A DNA stretch of 64,000 nucleotides. Source: a virus. The translations under genes were made by a program, and so were the position numbers. Position 1 is the first letter of the stretch; each line of letters starts with the position of its first letter. Below the pieces are notes generated by a model. It was given only the letters and a program-made list of their open reading frames with translations. It was not told the DNA's origin and ran no database searches. The DNA lies in the IMG/VR virus record IMGVR_UViG_3300036845_000721, positions 1 through 64,000 of that record; one strand, 5' to 3'. Of the stretch, positions 34,014 to 43,814 are shown piece by piece.

Positions 34014-35798
34014 GTGACCGCCACGCTGACCGGCGAGCTGACCGCCGACGGCCGCCAGATCGTGCTGATCGGCAGCGGTGACGACCATGACCTGAACCAG
34101 CTGGCGACCCGGCTGGGCACCCTCACCCCGCTGCTGTCCGAGCCGGACGGCATGAAAGACAGCGGCATCCTGCTCGCCCCGGCCACCTGGCCGATGGTCG
34201 TCCAGCTCGGGCACAGCTTCCGCAACGGGCACGGCACCTTCACCCCCGGCGCCCGGCTCGCGGACTGGATGGCCGCCGAGGCCGCCCGCCGCGTCACCCC
34301 GCCGCCGCCGCTGCCGGACGGCATCGTGCCGCCCGGCGAGCGCGCCCGGGGCTACCAGGCCGAGGACGCCGCCGCGATCGCCGCGGCCGGCAAGGCGCTG
34401 GTGCTGCACGACCCCGGCCTCGGCAAGACGGTCATCTCCGTCCTCGCCCTCGAAGCCCGCCGCCGGGCCGGGCACGCCGTCTTCCCGCTGCTGGTCATCG
34501 CGCCGTCCTGGGAGGTCGCCGACGTCTGGTCCCGGCACATCCGGACCTGGGCGCCGCACTGGCCGGACCCCGTCTACTACCGGGGCGCCGCCCGCCGCGG
34601 CCTGCTCGCCGGGGCGCGCGGCAGCGACTGCGTGCTGCTCACCACCTACGCCACCGCCCGCCGCGACGCCGCGCTGGCATCCGGCCCGCTGTGCCTGCTG
34701 CGGCCCGCCACCGTCATCGCCGACGAGGCCCAGCTGATCGGCAACGACACCAGCCAGCAGTCGCAGGCGGTGCAGCGGCTCGCCCGGCACGCGGCCCAGG
34801 TGCTGCTGTGCTCCGGCACGCTGATCAAGCACTCCATGAGAAACGCCTACCCGGCGCTGAACGCGCTCGATTCGCGCAGCTTCTCCGCCTGGAAACGGGT
34901 CAGGCCGCGCTACATGGCCGTCCGGCCGGGCGACGGCGGCTACGACGAGATCATCACCGGGCTGCGGCCGGAGATGGAGGCCGAGTTCTTCGCCTGCCTG
35001 GAGGGCCAGCTGGTCCGCCGGGCCAAGGCTGACGTCGCCGGCCAGCTGCCGCCCAAGATCTACTCCGAGCGCTGCCCGGAGATCCCGCCGGAATGGCGCC
35101 GCGCCTACGACACGATGGAAGCCGACATGCTGGCCGAGCTGCCCGACGGCGGCGAGCTGCCGGTAATGTCCGTCCTCGCGCAGCTCACCCGGCTGTCCCA
35201 GCTCGCGTCGGCCGCCGCCGACGTCACCGTCACGTACGAGCCGGACCCGGCGACCGGGCTGCCCGTCGCGCACTACGCGGTCGCGCTGAAGCGGCCCAGC
35301 TGGAAGTCCGAGTCCGTGCTGGGCATCCTGGCCGAGCGGCCCGGCATGCCCGTCGCGGTGTTCTCCGAATCCCGGCAGCTGGCCATGCTCACCGGGGACT
35401 ACTGCACCGAGGCGGGGCTGCGCACCGGGTACGTCACCGGCATCGGCGGCGGCGTCACCATGGCAACCCGCAGGCAGGCCGTCGATGACTTCCAGGCCGG
35501 CCGGCTGGACGTCATCATCTGCACGGCCGGCGCCGGCGGCCTCGGCATCACCCTGACCGCGTCGAACTGCGGCGTCATGATGCAGCGGTCCTGGGAACTG
35601 GACCTGGCGCTGCAGCCCGAGGACCGGCTGCACCGCATCGGCGCCGAGATCCACCCCCACGTGGAGATCATCGACCTGATCGCGAAGAACACCGTCGACC
35701 AGCGGCGCCGCACCGTGCTGCGCGGCAAGGCCGGCCAGCTCGCCCAGTTCTGCCGCGACCCGCGCATCGTCGCCGAGCTGCTGGGCGGCCGGCGATGA
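34014..35798 (+). CDS. SNF2/SF2-type DNA helicase
   Basis: LHDPGLGKT, IADEAQ, SGT, LGITLTA, Q.EDRLHRIG. Confidence 0.85.
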   Translation: MTATLTGELTADGRQIVLIGSGDDHDLNQLATRLGTLTPLLSEPDGMKDSGILLAPATWPMVVQLGHSFRNGHGTFTPGARLADWMAAEAARRVTPPPPLPDGIVPPGERARGYQAEDAAAIAAAGKALVLHDPGLGKTVISVLALEARRRAGHAVFPLLVIAPSWEVADVWSRHIRTWAPHWPDPVYYRGAARRGLLAGARGSDCVLLTTYATARRDAALASGPLCLLRPATVIADEAQLIGNDTSQQSQAVQRLARHAAQVLLCSGTLIKHSMRNAYPALNALDSRSFSAWKRVRPRYMAVRPGDGGYDEIITGLRPEMEAEFFACLEGQLVRRAKADVAGQLPPKIYSERCPEIPPEWRRAYDTMEADMLAELPDGGELPVMSVLAQLTRLSQLASAAADVTVTYEPDPATGLPVAHYAVALKRPSWKSESVLGILAERPGMPVAVFSESRQLAMLTGDYCTEAGLRTGYVTGIGGGVTMATRRQAVDDFQAGRLDVIICTAGAGGLGITLTASNCGVMMQRSWELDLALQPEDRLHRIGAEIHPHVEIIDLIAKNTVDQRRRTVLRGKAGQLAQFCRDPRIVAELLGGRR

Positions 35799-36028
35799 TC
35801 CTCCGGACAGTCATGCAGTACTCGGACAGCCTGCGCATCCGGGGCATGGTGCGCCGCTGGCTGGGCGTCCCAGCGCCGTGCGGGATCTCCCATGAGGACC
35901 CGTACAACCCGTGCCTGCCCGGGGAAGACCACCGCGGGCTGTGGTGCGCCACCTGCGGACTGCGCCAGCGGCCCGCCATCACTACCGGAATTTCCGGCCG
36001 GCCGGAAAGATCAGGAGACAAGCCATGA
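35795..36028 (+). CDS. Hypothetical Cys-containing protein
   Basis: ATGA-coupled on both sides. Confidence 0.45.
   Translation: MILRTVMQYSDSLRIRGMVRRWLGVPAPCGISHEDPYNPCLPGEDHRGLWCATCGLRQRPAITTGISGRPERSGDKP
35992..36007. promoter_or_regulatory. Palindrome TTCCGG-CCGG-CCGGAA (putative operator)
   Basis: Directly before GATCAGGAGACA and the ATG at 36025. Confidence 0.6.
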
Positions 36029-36516
36029 CCACGAGCAACATTCCCATCCGGGTCCGGTGCAGCGGGCTGTGCACCGTGCACTGCGATCACCGCGACAGCG
36101 AGCCCGGCGGCCAGCACGGTCCCGGAAATGACGAGATCGCCTCCATCCTGGCCGACATCGAGCTGATCGACTGGCACCTGGACGCCGCCGCGCCGCAGAT
36201 TTACCGGCAGGACCCGGCCGCGTCCGCCGAGCTGAACGAGGCCAGGGCGCTGCTCAACCGGTTCCGGCGAATCGCGGCCGGCCCGGCATCCGAGGGCCAG
36301 GAAGCGGTCGACGCGCTGAACGAGGCGACCGGCGGCAACCCGCGCAAGGGCGTCATCGGCGACGACGACACGATCCTGGGCGAGCTCGGCGACGGCGCGG
36401 TGGCGAACCTGCTGGCCATCCAGTCGATCGTCAAGGACACCGACGCCGCCTGGGCGGTGTTCCTGGCCGCGCTCGCGAAGGCGCGCAGCCGGGTGCCGGA
36501 CGGGGACCTGCCGTGA
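36025..36516 (+). CDS. Hypothetical protein
   Basis: Start-associated motif; GC3-rich codons. Confidence 0.6.
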   Translation: MTTSNIPIRVRCSGLCTVHCDHRDSEPGGQHGPGNDEIASILADIELIDWHLDAAAPQIYRQDPAASAELNEARALLNRFRRIAAGPASEGQEAVDALNEATGGNPRKGVIGDDDTILGELGDGAVANLLAIQSIVKDTDAAWAVFLAALAKARSRVPDGDLP

Positions 36517-36661
36517 CCGGGCACCGGCCATGGCCAGGGCGGCGGCGGCGCCCGAGCGGCCCGCTGTGCCGGGCCTGGGAACTCAACGGACCCGGCACCC
36601 GGTGGGACGGCTGCGAGCACGACTCCTGCTGGGCGATCGTCACCGGACTGGGGGGACGGCC

Positions 36662-37048
36662 GTGACCCCGGCCGAGGCCCGGATGGACGCGCTGTGCCAG
36701 GCGTTCCAGGCCGCCATCGACGGACCGGAGCCGGCCGCGGCGCGCACCGCGCAGTTCACCGTCGACGGGGCCGCGTACTACGCGGTCACGCCCGGCCAGC
36801 GGACCGCGCTGATGGTCCTGGCTCCCTGGCGGGTCTGGAACCTGAACGCGACACGGAGGGACCCGGAACTGCCGCACCAGTTCGTCTCGCTCAAGATCGC
36901 GGCCGGCCTCGCGGTCACCTGCAACTGCCTGGCCCGCGGCTGCCCGCGGCAGTTCATCGCCACCCACGGCGACGGCGAGGCCCTGGACGGCAGCGAGGCG
37001 CTGGCGCTCTGGCGCGGCTGGCACGAACGGCGGGGGGTAAAGGTATGA
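36662..37048 (+). CDS. Hypothetical protein
   Basis: C..C....H motif near the C-terminus. Confidence 0.5.
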   Translation: MTPAEARMDALCQAFQAAIDGPEPAAARTAQFTVDGAAYYAVTPGQRTALMVLAPWRVWNLNATRRDPELPHQFVSLKIAAGLAVTCNCLARGCPRQFIATHGDGEALDGSEALALWRGWHERRGVKV

Positions 37049-37509
37049 CTTGGCGATGGCACGAGGACATCCGCTGCATGATCTGGCATGGCGAGCCCGG
37101 TGACCCGGACCCCTGGCTGGCGACGGCAGCGGCGCACTGGCACGGCCGGCTTCCCGGGTACCAGCCAGGGTTGGGGATGCCGCCGGGGCCGGAATGGCCG
37201 GAAGTACCGTCGTACTGGCCGGAAAGCGAAGGCATGCCGGACGCCGAGCAGGTGAAATGGCTGCAGTACCGGCTGGCGCTGGAGCAGCAGCGCTGCCGGC
37301 AGTACCAGGCGGACCTGATCCGGATGCAGGACCGGGTGCAGCCGCAGCAGCCTGTGCAGCCGCCCGCGCGGCCGGAACCGGAATCCCTGGCGCAGCGGTT
37401 CCTGCCGCCGCGCTGGCTGGTAACAGCGTGGATGATCCTGCTGCTGCTGACCGGGGAAGCCTTCCTGGCCGTGCTGCTGGGGGCGGCGCTCCGGGCGGTG
37501 GGATCGTGA
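37045..37509 (+). CDS. Hypothetical membrane-anchored protein
   Basis: Coiled-coil followed by a C-terminal TM helix. Confidence 0.55.
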   Translation: MTWRWHEDIRCMIWHGEPGDPDPWLATAAAHWHGRLPGYQPGLGMPPGPEWPEVPSYWPESEGMPDAEQVKWLQYRLALEQQRCRQYQADLIRMQDRVQPQQPVQPPARPEPESLAQRFLPPRWLVTAWMILLLLTGEAFLAVLLGAALRAVGS

Positions 37510-37718
37510 GCTACGACCCGGATTTCGCGGTTTTCCCGCGCCGGCTGCCGTCACGGCCCCGGCTCCGGGCGCGGACACGGCTGCGGCACGCCGTGCGCAA
37601 CGCGCTCTGGGCCGCGAGCGGCCGGCTGTGCGGCTGGCACGGACCCGGCCGCCGGATCGCGTTCGAGGCCGGGCACCTGCTCGGCGAGACCGGCTGGAAG
37701 CTGAGGGACCCGTCATGA
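37506..37718 (+). CDS. Hypothetical protein
   Basis: Coupled overlaps. Confidence 0.45.
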   Translation: MSYDPDFAVFPRRLPSRPRLRARTRLRHAVRNALWAASGRLCGWHGPGRRIAFEAGHLLGETGWKLRDPS

Positions 37719-38227
37719 TCACCGTCCTCGGCGGCGACCCCGGGAACACGGCCGGGTTCCTGCTGGCCGGCTGGCGTCCCGGCGAGCGGAAGGCCGCGTT
37801 CGCCCGCGCCTTCCAGTGCGACGGCGACTCCGCTGCGCTGCTGCTCGCCTGGATCTGCGACAGCGAGGCGGCTCTCACCCCGGGCATCACCGCCGTGCAG
37901 ATCGAGGCGTGGGACAGCCGCCCCCTCCCGGGCGGGCTGCACGGCGCCAGCCCGTCCGCCATCCAGGCCCAGATCAGCGACCTGGAGGCGGTCCTGGCCG
38001 GGCGCGGGGTGCCGTGCGTTATCCGGCCCGTCGCCGACGTCAAGACGTGGGCCGGCGACGAGCGGCTGAAGCGGGCAGGGCTGCTGGACACGGTCAGCCC
38101 GGCGCCGATGCGGCACGCGAAGTCGGCCGCCTGGCACTGCCTGTACTGCGCGGTGCACGACTGCGGCCTGCCGGATCCGCTGTCCCGGCGGGCTGGCGTA
38201 CAGGAGGCGCGGGATGTGCCAGGCTAG
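37715..38227 (+). CDS. RuvC-like Holliday junction resolvase
   Basis: VLGGDPGNTAG, VQIEAW, K.WA.D..LK..G, RHA..A. Confidence 0.65.
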   Translation: MITVLGGDPGNTAGFLLAGWRPGERKAAFARAFQCDGDSAALLLAWICDSEAALTPGITAVQIEAWDSRPLPGGLHGASPSAIQAQISDLEAVLAGRGVPCVIRPVADVKTWAGDERLKRAGLLDTVSPAPMRHAKSAAWHCLYCAVHDCGLPDPLSRRAGVQEARDVPG

Positions 38228-38237
38228 GGGAACAGCA

Positions 38238-38273
38238 ACGGGAACCCGCCACTGCCAGGAAACGGGTCCCCGT
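38238..38273. terminator. Stem-loop
   Basis: ACGGGAACCCG / CGGGTCCCCGT with one mismatch, after the resolvase gene. Confidence 0.4.
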
Positions 38274-38356
38274 GATGCTGCTCAGACCACCGCACCGCCC
38301 GCTGAAGGGGTGAGGATCTTGACCACCACTGTCATCATAACTGACAGGGGGCCGGA

Positions 38357-39265
38357 ATGACCGCCGGCACGCCAGCAGGCAACGGCCAGGAGCTGTCCGG
38401 CCAGCATGTGCTCTACCGGCACTGGGCCAAAGACGGCACCCTCCTGTACGCCGGGCGGACCAACAATCCCCCGGCCCGGATGCGCAAGCACCGGTCAGAA
38501 GCTGACTGGTGGGCGTCCGTCTGCTGGACTACTTACGAGAAGTTCCCGTCCCTGGAAGCGCTCAAGGCCGGGGAGGCCTGGGCGATCGAGCACGAAAACC
38601 CGCAAGGGAACATTCAGGGACGGGTGTTCCAGGCTCCCCCGCGCAAGAGCCCGGAGCCGGGCACCGACCCTTATGTCCCGGTAAGAACCCGGGACCTGAG
38701 ACCAGACCTGGAGCTCATCCACCCGCTCTCGCGCGAGTTCTCCGTGTACGGAGGCGGCGACACCGTTCGGCGCGCCCGGGAATGGGCGCTGAACCGCCGG
38801 TACTACCTGCTGGACGGGCTGCCGGCCTGCGCTCACGCCTTCTACCTGATGAGGTGCCCGAACGCCGGCCGCTGCATCCCGCACGCAGACCACACCCAGG
38901 TGTGGGTCCCGGCCCCGGACTTCAGCAGGTTCGAGACCTACAGCGGTGCAGAGCCGCCGTTCATCCTCACGCAGCCGTACCGCGGCAGCCTGCCGGAGGG
39001 CGATGAAGACGACGCACCGGCAGCCGGGCTGCCCGGGCAGGCAATCAGGCTCCCGGCAGAAGTTACCGCTTACGCCGCCGCTCACGGGCTCGGTGCCGAG
39101 ACCTGGATCTCCGACGCCTGGTACTACCCGGAGCACTGCGTACCTGTCCGGCTCACGCCGCACGGAGGCGGCTACGTATCGTTCCCCCTGGAGACGGAGA
39201 CGCTGAGCCTGATGTGCGCCTGGCGGGACGAGTGGCCGGAAGCGGTACCGGAATGGCTCAAGTGA
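38357..39265 (+). CDS. GIY-YIG nuclease domain protein with C-terminal extension
   Basis: VLYRHW..DG.LLYAGRT....R...H...E..AI..E.P..N. Confidence 0.75.
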   Translation: MTAGTPAGNGQELSGQHVLYRHWAKDGTLLYAGRTNNPPARMRKHRSEADWWASVCWTTYEKFPSLEALKAGEAWAIEHENPQGNIQGRVFQAPPRKSPEPGTDPYVPVRTRDLRPDLELIHPLSREFSVYGGGDTVRRAREWALNRRYYLLDGLPACAHAFYLMRCPNAGRCIPHADHTQVWVPAPDFSRFETYSGAEPPFILTQPYRGSLPEGDEDDAPAAGLPGQAIRLPAEVTAYAAAHGLGAETWISDAWYYPEHCVPVRLTPHGGGYVSFPLETETLSLMCAWRDEWPEAVPEWLK

Positions 39266-42200
39266 TGGCTGACCTCATGCCGCCGCCCGTCGCCTGGCTG
39301 TCGGATATCCACCGGGCCTACCTGAACGAGCACGCCGTCACCGACGAGATCATCGCCACTGCCCGGATCCGGTCCGAGGGCGAGGTAATCGTTTTCCCGT
39401 GGCGGGACAGCGACCTGGTCACCGAGCAGCGCCGCGTGTGGCCCGAGCCCGAGGACGGGCTGCCCGAGGGCATGCCGAAATACTGGTGGGAGGCGGGGCA
39501 CTCCCCACACCTGTGGGCTGTCCGGCCCGTTACCGGGCTGCCCGCCAGTGCCCCGGTAATCATCGCCGAGGGCACCAAGCAGTCCCTGGCCGTCGCGTCC
39601 TGGGCGCCCCTGGAGTACGCCGTCTACGGGATGCCCGGATGCGATATCGGGCTGGTATCGATGCTGCAGCGGGCCGGGCTGGACCGGTTCGGCGGCCATC
39701 CGGTGGTCATCATGCTCGATGCCGACGCGGCCGAGAACCTGAACGTGTACGAGGCCGGCGAGAAACTGGCCGAGCTGCTGGATCTGGAAGGCGCCGCGGC
39801 GATCGCGTTCACCCGGCTGCCCGCTCAGGGCAAAGACGGGATCGATGACTTCCTGGGCCTGGTGGAACCGGAAGGCCGCCGGACCGAGGTGCTGGCCAAG
39901 CTGCTGTCCCGGGCCGAGCCGAAACCCGCCGGGCGCAGGCCGGTGCGGCGCCCGGTCAGCGAGGAGCCGCCGGACACGGGCGGGCTGCCCGCGGTCACCG
40001 TGAACAAGAACCGCCGTGAGGTCATCCACGAAATCCTGTGGCATCTCCAGCAGCGGTGGAACGGCACCGAGCTGTTCTGCTACGGAGGGGCGCTCACCCG
40101 GCTGCGCGAGACAGCGACAGAGCCGCTGGAGGAAGGCGCATTCCTGCGCTGGATGGTAGAGGCAGTCTGCCCGGTCAAGTACACCCCGGCCGGCCCGGCC
40201 AGCCCGGCCCGGTATGAGCCCACCTGGCCGGACCAGCAGACGGTCAAGGCCCTGCTGTCCTCCGGCGACGAGTTCGCCCCGCTAACCCGGGTCAGCCGCA
40301 CCCCGTTCATCCGGGCCGACGGCACCGTCTGCGCCAAGAACGGGTACGATCCTGCCAGCCAGACCATGCTGATCACCGGGAACTCCGGAATGGACCAGCT
40401 GGACATCCCGCACGAGCCGACACAGCAGCAGGCCATCACCGCCGCCGGGTACCTGCTGGACGAGTGGCTGGGCGACATGCCGTTCCGGGACCGGGCCAGC
40501 CGGGCCGGGGCGCTCGCCCTGGTGCTCACCCAGTTCATCCGCGGCCTGGTGCCGCTGGCCCCGCTCGCGGTCATCTCCGGACTGCAGCCGGGCGTCGGGA
40601 AGGGGCTGCTGGCCGACTGCGTGCAGCTGATGATCGCCGGAGAGGCCGCGCCGCCGCTGCCCTGGAGCCAGGTAGACGACGAGGAGAACCGAAAGCAGAT
40701 CACCAGTGCCTTCAAGGCCGGCGCTAACCTGGTCTGGTTCGATGAGGCGCACCAGATCGAGTCGCTGGCGCTGTCCCGGGCCATTACCTCGCTGACCTAC
40801 GCCGACCGGATCCTCGGCCTGACCAAGCAGGTCAGCTGGCCCAACCAGGTCACCTGGCTGGCTACCGGAAACCAGGTGGCGGCCAGCTCGGACATGGCCC
40901 GGCGGGCCTACTGGATCGAGCTGTACCCGGACGTGCCCGACCCGGAGAACCGGCCGGAATCCGATTTCAGCCACCCGGACCTGCGCGGCTGGACACTGGA
41001 TGCCCGGCCCCGGCTGATCACCGAAGCGCTGACCGTCATCCGAGCCTGGTACGCGGCCGGCCGGCCGCCGCATTCCCGCGGGCTCCTGATGGGATCGTTC
41101 GAGACCTGGGACAAGATGATGTCCGGCATCCTGGCCTACGCGGGGATAGACGGGTTCCTCGGCAACCTGGCCGCCAAACGGGCCGAGCGCGACGTCACCG
41201 GGGGGTACTGGGCCGAGCACGTTGCCTGGCTGCGCGCCCAGTTCGGCGCCGGGGAGTTCGCCGCCCAGGACGTGAAGATCCGGGCCGCCGGCTCCGGCGG
41301 GGCCTGGGATGCCCCGCCCCGGCTAGAGGACTTGAGCCGGGAAGGGTGGACCCGGGTGCTCGGCCAGGCGTACGCCCGGAATGCCGACCGGTGGTACGGG
41401 CAGTTCCGGCTGCACCGGTCCGGTGAGGGATTCGGGCACTCGGCACGCTGGACGATCCAGCAGCGGGGTGAAGAAACGGCACTCCCGGCTCCAAGAGACA
41501 ACACCCTGCCTGACCTGGGCGGGGGGAACAGGGGGAACGAATCCGGGCCGCCCGCGAACGGGTCGTTCGCTGCCCCAACCGCAAACGAAACCCTGCCTGA
41601 GCTGGGAGGATACGGTAATGGGGGAACAGAAATGCGTTCCCCTGCTACAGAAACCATGCCTGAGCTGGGCGGGCTTCCGGAAAACAGCGGTTTCGGGGGA
41701 ACAGGGGGAACTACTACCCCAGGTGTCCATGTGCGCGCGGGTGCGGGCGCACACGCGCGCGTTACGCGCGAGGGGGATTTCGTTCCCCTTGCTCCCCCTG
41801 TTCCCCCGAACCCCCCTGTTGCCGGAACCGGCCCGGTGCTCGGCTTCGACCTGGAAACCGGCGAGGCCGGGAAGCTGTTCACCTACACCCCGCACGATGA
41901 GACCGGCTACGTCCGGCTCGCCGGGATCACAGGCCCGTCCGGCGCGAACATGATCACCGGGGTACCGCAGCTGCTCGCGATGCTGGGCATGGCGCGGCGG
42001 GCGTACGGGCACAACATCCTCGGCTTCGACGGGCTGGCGCTGGCCCGCTGGGCGGGCGCGGACTGGGACTGGTTCTGCGACCGGGCGGTGGACACCGAGC
42101 TGATCGCCCGGCAGGCGTTCCCGCCCCGGTCCCGGGAGTCCGGCACGTCGGCCGACAAGCTGGGCCTGGACGCGGTGGCGGCGCTGCTCGGGCTGTCCGG

Positions 42201-43605
42201 CAAGACCGACGAGCTGTCCCGGCTGGCCGCTAAGCACGGCGGCTACGACATGATCCCGGCCGACGATCCGGAGTACCTGGCCTACCTCCGCGGCGACCTG
42301 GACGCCACCCGCGGCGTCGCCGGGCAGCTGCTGCGGCACTACGACGAGGACGCCTACCTGCCGCGCGAGCACGAACTGGCCCGGATCGCCGGGCACATGG
42401 CGCTGAACGGGCTGGCGGTCGACATCCCGCTGCTGACCCAGCGGTACGAGGCCGGCGAGCAGCGCAGGCAAGACGCCCTGCAGGCACTGCACGACGGCTG
42501 GGGCCTGCCGCTCGGCCGGGCCGTGATGCGCGGGCGCGGTCACGCCCGGCACGAGGAGACCGAAGGGTTCACCGCGCCGCTGGCCACCGCCGAAGGCCGC
42601 GCCTGGCTGGCCGCCCAGTGGGAGCGGTACCAGGTCCCGGACCCGCCGCTGACCGCGAAGGGACTGCTGGCCATCGGCAGCGACGAGCTCGCGGTCATCG
42701 GCCGCGACCCGGACTGCCCGCCGGACCTGCGGGCGATGCTGGCGCTGATGAACATCGTCACCACCACCCGGTCGGTCTACCAGACCGCGCGGGCGTGGCT
42801 GTGCCCGGACGGCAAGGTGCACCCGAAGATCAGCTTCCGGCAGGCGTCCGGCCGCTGGTCGGTCACCGACCCCGGGCTGACCGTGTTCGGCAAGCACGAG
42901 GGACGGCACGTGGAACGGGACATCTTCACCGCCAGCGAAGGCCGGGTGCTGATGAGTTTCGACCTGGAGCAGGTGGACATGCGGGCGATCGCCGGGCACA
43001 GCCAGGACCCGGCCTACATGGAGCTGTTCAGGCCCGGCCGCGACGCGCACTCCGAGATCGCCGCCCGGGTGTTCGGCGAGGCGCCCCGGGACGCGAAAGG
43101 CCGCCACCCGATGCGCCAGCCCGCGAAAGCCCGGGGCCACGGCTGGAACTACGGGATGGGTCCGGACCGGATGATCCGCGACGGGGTCGACCCGGACATG
43201 GCCTACGGGTTCGACAACGGGATGAAAGCCGCGTTCCCGGTGCTGTGCGACTGGCGCGAGGGCATCCGCGCCATCGCGGCGGCCGGCGGCATCCTGGACA
43301 ACGGGTTCGGCCGCCGGATGCGCGCCGACCCGCGGCACGCGCACACCGTCGCCCCGGCGCTGATGGGCCAAGGGGGAGCCCGCGACATCATGGGCCAGTG
43401 CCTGCTGCAGATCGACCCGGCGCTGCGCCCGTACATGGTGCTGCAGGTGCACGACGAGGTAATCCTGGACGTTCCGGAGGGCGATGCCGGGGAGGCCGCC
43501 GCCGAGGTCCGCCGGGCCATGACCTGGACCTGGCGGGACGTCCCGATCCTGTGCGACCAGGCCGGCCCCGGCCGGTCCTGGGGCGAGCTGTCGGGGGACA
43601 AGTGA
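39265..43605 (+). CDS. polA: Fused primase (TOPRIM/DUF3854-like) - helicase (SF3-like) - 3'-5' exonuclease - family A DNA polymerase, 1446 aa
   Basis: IAEGTKQ, LDAD, KDGIDDFL (TOPRIM); GLQPGVGKG, WFDEA (ATPase); FDLET, GHNILGFD (Exo I/II); FDLEQVDMR, RQPAKARGHGWNYG, QVHDE (Pol A/B/C motifs). One uninterrupted ORF. Confidence 0.88.
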   Translation: MADLMPPPVAWLSDIHRAYLNEHAVTDEIIATARIRSEGEVIVFPWRDSDLVTEQRRVWPEPEDGLPEGMPKYWWEAGHSPHLWAVRPVTGLPASAPVIIAEGTKQSLAVASWAPLEYAVYGMPGCDIGLVSMLQRAGLDRFGGHPVVIMLDADAAENLNVYEAGEKLAELLDLEGAAAIAFTRLPAQGKDGIDDFLGLVEPEGRRTEVLAKLLSRAEPKPAGRRPVRRPVSEEPPDTGGLPAVTVNKNRREVIHEILWHLQQRWNGTELFCYGGALTRLRETATEPLEEGAFLRWMVEAVCPVKYTPAGPASPARYEPTWPDQQTVKALLSSGDEFAPLTRVSRTPFIRADGTVCAKNGYDPASQTMLITGNSGMDQLDIPHEPTQQQAITAAGYLLDEWLGDMPFRDRASRAGALALVLTQFIRGLVPLAPLAVISGLQPGVGKGLLADCVQLMIAGEAAPPLPWSQVDDEENRKQITSAFKAGANLVWFDEAHQIESLALSRAITSLTYADRILGLTKQVSWPNQVTWLATGNQVAASSDMARRAYWIELYPDVPDPENRPESDFSHPDLRGWTLDARPRLITEALTVIRAWYAAGRPPHSRGLLMGSFETWDKMMSGILAYAGIDGFLGNLAAKRAERDVTGGYWAEHVAWLRAQFGAGEFAAQDVKIRAAGSGGAWDAPPRLEDLSREGWTRVLGQAYARNADRWYGQFRLHRSGEGFGHSARWTIQQRGEETALPAPRDNTLPDLGGGNRGNESGPPANGSFAAPTANETLPELGGYGNGGTEMRSPATETMPELGGLPENSGFGGTGGTTTPGVHVRAGAGAHARVTREGDFVPLAPPVPPNPPVAGTGPVLGFDLETGEAGKLFTYTPHDETGYVRLAGITGPSGANMITGVPQLLAMLGMARRAYGHNILGFDGLALARWAGADWDWFCDRAVDTELIARQAFPPRSRESGTSADKLGLDAVAALLGLSGKTDELSRLAAKHGGYDMIPADDPEYLAYLRGDLDATRGVAGQLLRHYDEDAYLPREHELARIAGHMALNGLAVDIPLLTQRYEAGEQRRQDALQALHDGWGLPLGRAVMRGRGHARHEETEGFTAPLATAEGRAWLAAQWERYQVPDPPLTAKGLLAIGSDELAVIGRDPDCPPDLRAMLALMNIVTTTRSVYQTARAWLCPDGKVHPKISFRQASGRWSVTDPGLTVFGKHEGRHVERDIFTASEGRVLMSFDLEQVDMRAIAGHSQDPAYMELFRPGRDAHSEIAARVFGEAPRDAKGRHPMRQPAKARGHGWNYGMGPDRMIRDGVDPDMAYGFDNGMKAAFPVLCDWREGIRAIAAAGGILDNGFGRRMRADPRHAHTVAPALMGQGGARDIMGQCLLQIDPALRPYMVLQVHDEVILDVPEGDAGEAAAEVRRAMTWTWRDVPILCDQAGPGRSWGELSGDK
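41498..41820. repeat. Iteron-like repeat cluster (putative replication origin) inside the replicase linker
   Basis: Three copies of ACC(C/A)TGCCTGA(C/G)CTGGG near 41502, 41590 and 41653; GGGGGAACAGGGGGAAC at 41522 and 41695; inverted near-copy at 41791-41807. Confidence 0.55.
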
Positions 43606-43814
43606 GGACCCGGCCGTTCATGCGGGCGCACTTCGCCTGCGACCCGGGCGGCTGCGGCGCGCGGCCGGGTGAGCCGTGCCTGAACTACACCGGGCGCGGC
43701 GGCCGGTACGGCGAGCCGGTGGAGGACGTGCACGCGGCCCGGCTGCGGAAGTTCCGGGCCTGGACCCGCGCTGAGCAGCAGCTGGAATCTTCCGGCCGAT
43801 CGGAGAATCAGTGA
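43602..43814 (+). CDS. Small zinc-finger protein
   Basis: C...CGA.PG.PC...H..R. Confidence 0.55.
   Translation: MRTRPFMRAHFACDPGGCGARPGEPCLNYTGRGGRYGEPVEDVHAARLRKFRAWTRAEQQLESSGRSENQ
43790..43805. promoter_or_regulatory. Degenerate palindrome TTCCGG-CCGA-TCGGAG
   Basis: Two mismatches to the consensus; immediately before the GTG at 43811. Confidence 0.4.

Noticed and set aside
39265-43605. Intein in the replicase explaining its length
   Set aside because: No C/S...HN-C/S/T splice junctions or LAGLIDADG blocks; the length is accounted for by the primase, helicase, linker, exonuclease and polymerase domains.
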